A stretch of 64,000 nt of DNA from Phoronis australis (taxonomy: Eukaryota > Animalia > Phoronida), in NCBI GenBank assembly GCA_002633005.1, contig NMRA01000828.1:1-64000 (forward strand), in the 5' to 3' direction. How positions within the stretch are numbered: position 1 is the stretch's first letter; each line of letters opens with the position of its first letter. Of the stretch, positions 60,280-64,000 are shown piece after piece. A program made the position numbers and the translations under genes. Under the pieces are notes generated by a model, which ran no database searches, was not told where the DNA came from, and was given only the letters and a program-made list of their open reading frames with translations.

Positions 60280-62492
60280 CTATACGTGTGTTTTTCCTGA
60301 TCCAGAACTGTTAAATTCACTTCCACTTTCGGATCCGTGGCCCATACTCGACTCTTCAGCACTTGACCTTGAACTGACTGAAGGCTGAGTATCGGGGTGG
60401 GAACTGTGCCCTGTGACGTCACTGTCACCACGTGAAGCGAGCTCGGTCACGTCGGTATCTTGTTGTGTCAGCGACGCCGGGTGTTCGCCCAACTCTTCCA
60501 GCATTTCCCGTATCTCGTCTTCACGTTGTATTCTTTTTAACTGAAAGCATGAATGAATGTCTTTGCAGTCCTAACACAAATTACTTATTACTAACTATTA
60601 AGTAAATGATATAGCTTGGTATTAGCCTTTTGTTACCACAAACTTGTTTGAACACGCGGCTGAACTTTCGTGGACAACTTCATGATGTAAACAGTGACCA
60701 CCGTCTCTACTAGCTGGCACCGCCAGTAGGAGGGTGGAGCTCCTATAGGTGCATACGCCGGAAGCTTTTCGGCGATGCCTCGCACTGACTAAGACATCAA
60801 AGTCACGTTGTTATAAACACCTTTTGCGCATAGATGGACACCATAGGAGGCGTATGAAGCGTATGAAGCGCCTATAGGAGCTCCACTGACTCTACTGTCT
60901 ACTTCATGATGTAAACTCGCTCATACACTCTGTACAGTTTCCGATTTTTAATGTCCAAGTTGTAATACAAATTGCCAACAAGTTCAAATAATAGTAGCCC
61001 TATTTCAAGGGATGGCACGTGTCTCATCCTCGGGGCACATGGTAAATTGAACGTGGTGGAATGGAAATAAAGAGCGATATAAACGGAGACAACAGGTAGA
61101 ACGGTACACAAACAAAGACTGAGTAAACTGGCGCACGGTAGGAAGCCCACAAACGAACGGAGCTGGCTCTCGAAATATAATTATTATATTGACTTGTTTG
61201 TTAATATCTATTGACAATTTGCTTTACAAATGCACACCGGAAGATCGGAATTGTAGCCAACAGAAAGTACGNNNNNNNNNNNNNNNNNNNNNNNNNNNNN
61301 NNNNNNNNNNNNNNNNNNNNNNNNNNNNNNNNNNNNNNNNNNNNNNNNNNNNNNNNNNNNNNNNNNNNNNNNNNNNNNNNNNNNNNNNNNNNNNNNNNNN
61401 NNNNNNNNNNNNNNNNNNNNNNNNNNNNNNNNNNNNNNNNNNNNNNNNNNNNNNNNNNNNNNNNNNNNNNNNNNNNNNNNNNNNNNNNNNNNNNNNNNNN
61501 NNNNNNAAGGAGCAACTGTATACACCTGTGCAACAGAACGTACACTCAAGTTTTTGTCAATGAAAGGTTGCTACCAAACTGCACTGTATTCATACAGTAT
61601 GGCATTAACTGAGAACAGTTTTAATGACACATTTTCCGAAAGGATCCCCTTAGTTTCCGAAAATACGCCCTCTTCCCTACCGAAAATACGCCACTCTTTT
61701 CCGAAAATACTATCGGGCGTATTCGGTTTCATTTGACGTTTTTGAAAGGTCATTTTCCAAATATCCGCCCAAGGACCAATTTTCGGAAATTCCCGTTAGG
61801 TGACTTTAACTAAACGAGACAAGATCCTTACCTGATAGTGCACCAGTAATTTTCCATGTTGTGCTTTCTTTTTCAAATCTGTTATTTCCTTCAGTTTTCT
61901 CCTCAGACGTTTTACGTCGGTGTTTGCGCTTGTTGCACTCACGCAGGATGGAGACTTTTGGGCTTTTGCTTCTTCGTATTCCTTGTACGCTTCTAGTCGT
62001 TGCTGTTTATGTAAGTTCGGAAACAGTTGCACAATCTGGATATATTTGTCGAGCGGTATTTGGCTGTAACGTGTTAGAAAACTTTGTGCTGTTACCAACC
62101 TAATTTCTGAGAGGAAAATCTATCATGGGGTTTATAATCAGGCTGAAACTTCTTTTTCATTTCATTCAGTGGATTTCAAATATTTTTATGACGAACTTAG
62201 CCACTGTATCAATCCGCTTCTGTCAATACACTTCTTTTGATTTCCACCACTTGCCGTTACAACAAAACCAGTTGTTCTTAACTCAGTTTAGAAGTGATGA
62301 GAAGAACTTAAAATTTAAAAAAAATCGCGATTACTTTCGATTACTAACACCTAATTTAGGTAGACTAAGTCGACCTTGGTCCCAAGCGATGACGAACTGG
62401 TCGATCAGTTCTTCCAAAGCCCATAAACCACTCACTTCACGTTTGAACAAGAGACGGGCCATTTTCATAGCTGTAGGAAAACTTGTCGCCAT
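60280..62492 (-). CDS. Divergent tandem paralogue with the same module plus a Ser-rich tail (gene B, about 228 aa). Exons 62335-62492 (uncertain), 61832-62099, 60280-60540
   Basis: Exon 61832-62099 (attAG / GTAAGG) ends ...VKRLRRKLKEITDLKKKAQHGKLLVHYQ. It splices in phase 0 through ctttcAG to LKRIQREDEIREMLEEL..., at the same Q|L intron position and with the same acceptor context as gene A. The first exon is chosen on phase fit only. Confidence 0.62.
61272..61506. other. Assembly gap
   Basis: Run of N. Confidence 1.
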
Positions 62493-63079
62493 CGAGTCAT
62501 TTTCATTTTGTACCTACCGTTCATGAGCCACAGCATACTCCACTCTCGCTAGATGGCGTTTAATACTCTTCGCCAACTTCTTGTTCTAAAAACAAGACGT
62601 AAAAATCTACTTCACCGTCAAGTGATCGGATATAGTTTTTACCCAACCACAAGGAGTAAGTCTAATTTCTCACTCACAAACAATAACATAACATACAGTC
62701 AAACCATATGCATCAACACAGCAATATATTTGGACTTTTATGCTGTGGCCCAACAGCTTCCATAGCGGTAGCTAACGACATTCAACACTCTGAAACAACC
62801 GCGTTCCTGGCCTCCAGCACACGTCAGTCGGCTTGCGTGTAAGCCCAAAACATAGTTTCTTGCTGTATTGATTTGAAAGTCCCGTGAGTTGATTAACCTG
62901 ATAGGTGTCATTACTTTCTCATTTATAAAGGCTTCTTGGTAAGTTATTATTTAGTAAATAACAAGTTATTCTAAGTATCTTGTTAGCAGTACTGTAATAC
63001 GAAGATAAGTGTACAATCTGTATGATAAAGTTGTTATCAGTACTGTGTACGAGTTTATCTACGAACTACCACCAGCAAT

Positions 63080-63610
63080 TAATGAGTACTAAACCACTCA
63101 ATTGAAAATCGGACTATGATCACCTGTATTTCAATGACATGATTTTTAAAGAGAAACCTGAAAAATAATGCAAATGATATCTCTTTACATAGAAATTGCA
63201 ATCGCCCTTTCTGCGACAGAGAGATTAGGATATCTGTTGTTGTACCAATCCCGAAAAGTTCTGCAAATGACCCATTTGTTCTTCTTAATGACAGGGGAAT
63301 AAGCCTTCTACCTTGCATTGCCAAGGCCTACTCTAGTTTGCTAAATAACAGAATGGTTCATCATGCCGAATCTAGTAACTTGGTAGTGGATGAACAACAC
63401 GGTTTTGAAAAAATCGACCCTGTCAGTACCACTTTTTTATTTCGACCACCATCCTGTGAGAAACCAACTAAAATTCAAGTACTTGCTTCCTTTATTGACT
63501 TTCAAAAGAGTTTCAACTTGGTTGACAGAGTCGTTCTTCTCCTGGAACAGCTTGAAAAACATGCTGTTGGGAAACTTTATTTTGCCATTAAGTCTCTACT
63601 CGTGAACAGC
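63080..63610 (+). mobile_element. Degenerate non-LTR retrotransposon (LINE) reverse transcriptase fragment
   Basis: IVPIPK...RGISLLPCIAKAYSSLLNNR...DEQHGF...SFIDFQKSFNLVDR, the typical early domains of a LINE RT. Confidence 0.82.
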
Positions 63611-64000
63611 TTATTGTTTAATGATTATTTTTTTCGGGGAACTTTCTGTTTATGTTTCTGGTGCATTTTAAATGCAAGTTGTGTTTATACATGTATACAC
63701 GATGTAAGCCTAATCAGTTACTTATAAACCCAATGGACTGTGTGTGTTTTGAAAAAATTATTTAAGTTTAAGCACATGCACTTTAATAAACAAATATCAT
63801 AGTTCTAAAACTACTACTACTACTACTACCGCTACCACTACTTTACAGTTCAGTACAAGACTCCACTGCGCCATTAGCGTCATGAGCGCAGTAATGTCTT
63901 AGGTCGAGAATATATGCTCTCCACGTTGCATGACACAGGCAGACGAATATTTCCCGATGACTCATAACCATATAAGAAAAATGTTTTATTAGTAGTGAGT

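Noticed and set aside
57378-60810. Inverted similarity between about 57378-57495 and about 60691-60810 as TIRs of one large transposon
   Set aside because: The segments are diverged, I saw no TSD, and the interval contains host exons. Two copies of a dispersed repeat are more likely.
61189-61612. ORFs spanning the N run
   Set aside because: Artefacts of the assembly gap.

Overview
AT-rich, intron-rich animal genomic DNA from a draft assembly (single-N contig joins at 888, 10334, 26471 and 35778; a gap at 61272-61506). Gene structure and repeat content suggest a marine invertebrate, possibly a deuterostome (inference). Most supplied ORFs are spurious, so I rebuilt the genes by hand from GT-AG sites and phase continuity. 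(1) A plus-strand ZBBX orthologue (zinc finger B-box protein 1): 18 coding exons from 9590 to 44228, about 875 aa, plus a candidate 15-nt microexon. Two exon blocks appear twice across single-N joins and are most likely two haplotypes assembled in tandem. (2) Two tandem minus-strand genes (48733-57774, about 192 aa; 60280-62492, about 228 aa). Both carry the C-terminal helical module shared by eIF2A and PYM1, with the same intron position, but have neither the eIF2A WD40 propeller nor the PYM Mago-binding N-terminus. This pair is the most unusual element in the window. (3) Many mobile elements: two TTAA-flanked Kolobok derivatives (THAP and KolX remnants), Helentron/HINE-like elements (one carrying a nested LTR-like insert), hAT-, Harbinger- and Tc1/mariner-type MITEs, Copia and LINE RT relics, and several minisatellites. 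I found no CRISPR, rRNA or intact tRNA genes.
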